Shown here piece after piece: positions 61,708-64,000 of a stretch of 64,000 nt of DNA (the stretch's first letter is position 1; every line of letters begins with the position of its first letter). Both the position numbers and the translations under genes were made by a program. The notes under the pieces were generated by a model. The model made no database searches, was not told the origin of the DNA, and worked only from the letters and a program-made list of their open reading frames with translations. The stretch is from an uncultured Actinomycetes bacterium. Lineage in GTDB: Bacteria > Actinomycetota > Thermoleophilia > Gaiellales > JALYLC01. The stretch is taken from assembly GCA_963794695.1 (NCBI GenBank), contig CAWCFJ010000007.1, forward strand, positions 44,310 to 108,309, in the 5' to 3' direction.

Positions 61708-62926
61708 CTACAGGTGGAGGAGGCGGGTGACGGTCCTCGTCCGCCCGCGTCCGTCCTTGAGCCGGAGCTGCAGCGTGGAGCGGCCGTGCGCCGCCTTCGG
61801 AAGCGTCAGCGCCACCACACGGAGCCCGGCGCGCACCGACACCGTCCGGCCGGCCACCACGCGGGTGCCCTTCAGCAGCCGCAGCCGGGCGCTCGCCGCC
61901 AGCGAGACCCGGAACGTCACCGTCACGCGCCGGCCGCCCTTCGGGTGGAGGAGCTTCCAGCGGACCGCGCCGACCGTCAGCGCGACCGCCGGCCGCTGGG
62001 CTGCCGTCCGGTTGAACGTGGCGGTCGCGTCGGCGGCGCTCGAGAGCGTGACCCGACAGGTCGCGGTCGAGCCGCTGCAGGCGCCGCTCCAACCGGCGAA
62101 CGTCGAGCCGGCGTCGGCCACGGCGGTGAGCGTCACCTCGCTCCCGCGGGCGAACGTCCCGGTGCAGGCCGCGCCGCAGGCGATCCCGCCGGGGCTGCTG
62201 GTCACGCGTGCCGCTGCCGGAGCCGTCGCGATGGACGCTCAGGGCCACGACGGCGCCGCCGGGCGTGCCGGGCGGCGGGGTGGGCGGCGCCGGCGGGGTG
62301 GGCGAGCCCGGCAGGGCCATGAAGCCGGCGCTCACCTGCGCGTCGCCGTTCAGGGCCACCTGGCAGCCGCCCGTCCCCGAGCAGGCGCCGCTCCAGCCGC
62401 CGAACGAGGCCGACGCGCCGGGCGTCGCCGAGAGCGTGACGACCGTGCCGAGCGGGAGCGCCGCGCTGCAGGTGCCCGGACAGGCGATCCCGCCGCTGTC
62501 CGACGTCACCCGTCCGTCGCCGGTCACGGCGACCGTCAGCGTCGCCGTGGGCGGCGCCGCCGCGGTGACGGTGAGCTGCCCGTGCATCACCGAGGCGTGC
62601 GGGTCGCACACGAACGAGTACGTGCCGGCCTGGAACGTGACCGTCCAGGTCACCGTGGTGACGTCGTCCACGCCCGTCGTCTCGTTCACGCCCGGCCCGC
62701 TCAGGTGGAAGTCGTGGATCGCGGAGTTGTCGTGCACCTCGATCTGGTACGTCCCGGCTGTGAGCGAGGTCACCGCCGAGCCGTCCTGGTGCTTCAGCGA
62801 GATCGAGTACGCGTCGTTCGTGCCGACGACCCCGACGAGCGTCTCGGCCCGTGCCGCGGCGGGGCCGAGCAGGGTCGCAAGGATGGCCGAGAGCACCAGC
62901 AGGCAGCGTCGCAGGGTCGCAGGCAC
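61708..62926 (-). CDS. Secreted cupredoxin-like domain protein with two InlB-B-repeat (bacterial Ig-like) modules, frameshift near 62200
   Basis: The GTG at 62926 has RBS GAAGGAGC. Signal, then ...SISLKHQDGSAVTSLTAGTYQIEVHDNSAIHDFHLSGPGV...TYSFVCDPHASVMHGQLTV (cupredoxin). Two repeats follow, ...GIACPGTCSAALPLGTVVTLSATPGASASFGGWSGACSGTGGC... and ...GIACGAACTGTFARGSEVTLTAVADAGSTFAGWSGACSGSTATC.... The second is in the alternate frame. Confidence 0.6.
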
Positions 62927-63093
62927 GGGACGAGCTCCTTCGGGGGAGGCGGGTCGGGCTCGCCCGGTCGTACGCCGCCCTCCGGCCTGCGGATTGTGTG
63001 CCGGACCGCCGCCCGTCCGGACAACGCGGCCCCGGGCAATCCGCCGCGAGCCGCTCCGCGTAGCGCGGTCGTCCTCGAGGAAAGGGAACGTCA

Positions 63094-63726
63094 TGACCCC
63101 GCGTTCGCTCCTGCTGGTGGCGCCGGCCGCTGCCGCGGTTGCCGCACTCGTGATCCCGGTCACGGCCTCGGCCGTCCGGGCGCCGTCGAAGACCGGCCGC
63201 CAAGAACGTCGCCGTCTCGGTGCAGAACTTCGCGTTCACCCCGGCGAACGCCAAGATCGGCCTCGGCGCGACGGTGACCTGGACGTTCAGGGACGCCGTG
63301 GCCCACACCGCCTGCGACTCGAGCGGCATGGGCCTGTGGTCGTCGGGCCCGAAGAGCGGGGGCGCCACGTTCGCGTTCACCTTCAAGGCGGCCGGCACCT
63401 ACGCGTACATCTGCCAGATCCACACGACGATGAGGGGCACCGTCAGCGTGCCCATGAAGTTCAAGCCCAAGAAGGGCGGAACGGCCACGAGCTACACGAT
63501 CACCTGGGCCACGGCGGCGCCGCCGGCAGGGTTCGTGTTCGACGTCCAGATCAAGCGCCCCGGCGCGGCCGCGTTCAGCAACTGGCAGACCGGGGTGGCC
63601 AGCCTCAGCGCCGCGTTCCACCCGGATGCCGGCACCGGCAGCTACCAGTTCCAGGCCCGCCTGCGCAAGACCTCGAGCGGCGCCGCCAGCGGCTACTCGG
63701 CGGCCAAGGGCATCAAGGTCTCCTGA
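63094..63726 (+). CDS. Secreted cupredoxin (plastocyanin/azurin-like) domain protein, frameshift near 63205
   Basis: Signal peptide MTPRSLLLVAPAAAAVAALVIPVTASA is in one frame. ...VQNFAFTPANAKIGLGATVTWTFRDAVAHT...GTYAYICQIHTTMRGTV is in the next. Confidence 0.6.
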
Positions 63727-63747
63727 GGAGCGCCTGAGTATCATCGG

Positions 63748-64000
63748 GCGGTGCGCCTGCCGTTGAAGCCGCCCGTCCTGCCCCAGCTCGCCCGGCCGGC
63801 GAAGACGCTGCCGGCCGGCGCGGGCTGGGCCTACGAGCCGAAGTGGGACGGCTTTCGGGCCGTCGTCTTCCAGGACGGGGACGAGTCCTACGTCCAGTCC
63901 AGGAGCGGCAAGCCGCTCAGCCGCTACTTCCCCGAGCTGCGCCTGCCGCCGGGGCGGTTCGTGCTCGACGGAGAGATCGTCGTGCTCGACGCAGACGGCG
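63748..64000 (+). CDS. ATP-dependent DNA ligase (LigC/LigD-ligase-like), 5' partial and truncated by the window end
   Basis: VRLPLKPPVLPQLARPAKTLPAGAGWAYEPKWDGFRAVVF...FVLDGEIVVLD, ligase motif I KxDGxR. Confidence 0.65.

Overview
This is a very high-GC (roughly 70% or more) chromosomal window that looks actinobacterial. Roughly 60 genes can be called from the sequence. Nothing indicates a mobile element, tRNA, rRNA or CRISPR array.

Content from start to end:
- A TetR/MMPL pair, with a second, badly degraded TetR/MMPL pair at 53.2-56.3 kb.
- A beta-propeller ScyD/ScyE-like gene, an aminoglycoside phosphotransferase (APH)-like kinase, a PPOX gene, a quinone reductase and a PAP2 phosphatase.
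- A long minus-strand gene string (10.0-20.7 kb). It runs LacI, sugar ABC transporter, two tandem ADP-ribosylglycohydrolase-family genes, an unusual hydrolase-like/formylglycine-generating-enzyme(FGE)-domain fusion, a CaiB-type CoA-transferase and a CitE-like lyase. Most junctions are overlapping stop/start codons. This is my main candidate for an undescribed catabolic system.
- Esterase, AraC and DUF1772 genes.
- A GGDEF+HD-GYP hybrid protein preceded by a 33-codon leader-like small ORF and a hairpin, and followed by a membrane protein joined through a TGATG junction.
- LysR, an orphan HNH endonuclease, and a wrecked CSLREA/choice-of-anchor-Q beta-helix gene.
- Split LigD (phosphoesterase and ligase genes) packed head-to-tail with a family-1 encapsulin system. 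The encapsulin cargo is a ferritin-like protein carrying a C-terminal GSLGIGSLR targeting peptide.
- An S1 protease, then an alpha-glucoside (GH13 + ABC transporter + LacI) operon. Its regulatory region holds a 274-bp structured tandem repeat plus an inverted partial copy and a GGGTCGCGCTGG motif array.
- ANT-like nucleotidyltransferase, quinone reductase, aldo/keto reductase, choice-of-anchor C protein, an ECF sigma/anti-sigma pair, and a MoxR-DUF58-VWA-VWA (Bat-like) operon.
- VOC, ribokinase, a PAS-GAF-GGDEF-HD-GYP protein convergent with a PilZ gene, DUF4232, an M48-like peptidase, a cupin, two divergent cupredoxin genes and a partial second ATP-dependent ligase.

A striking global feature is at least 35 single-base frameshifts. 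They are clustered in particular genes and absent from others.
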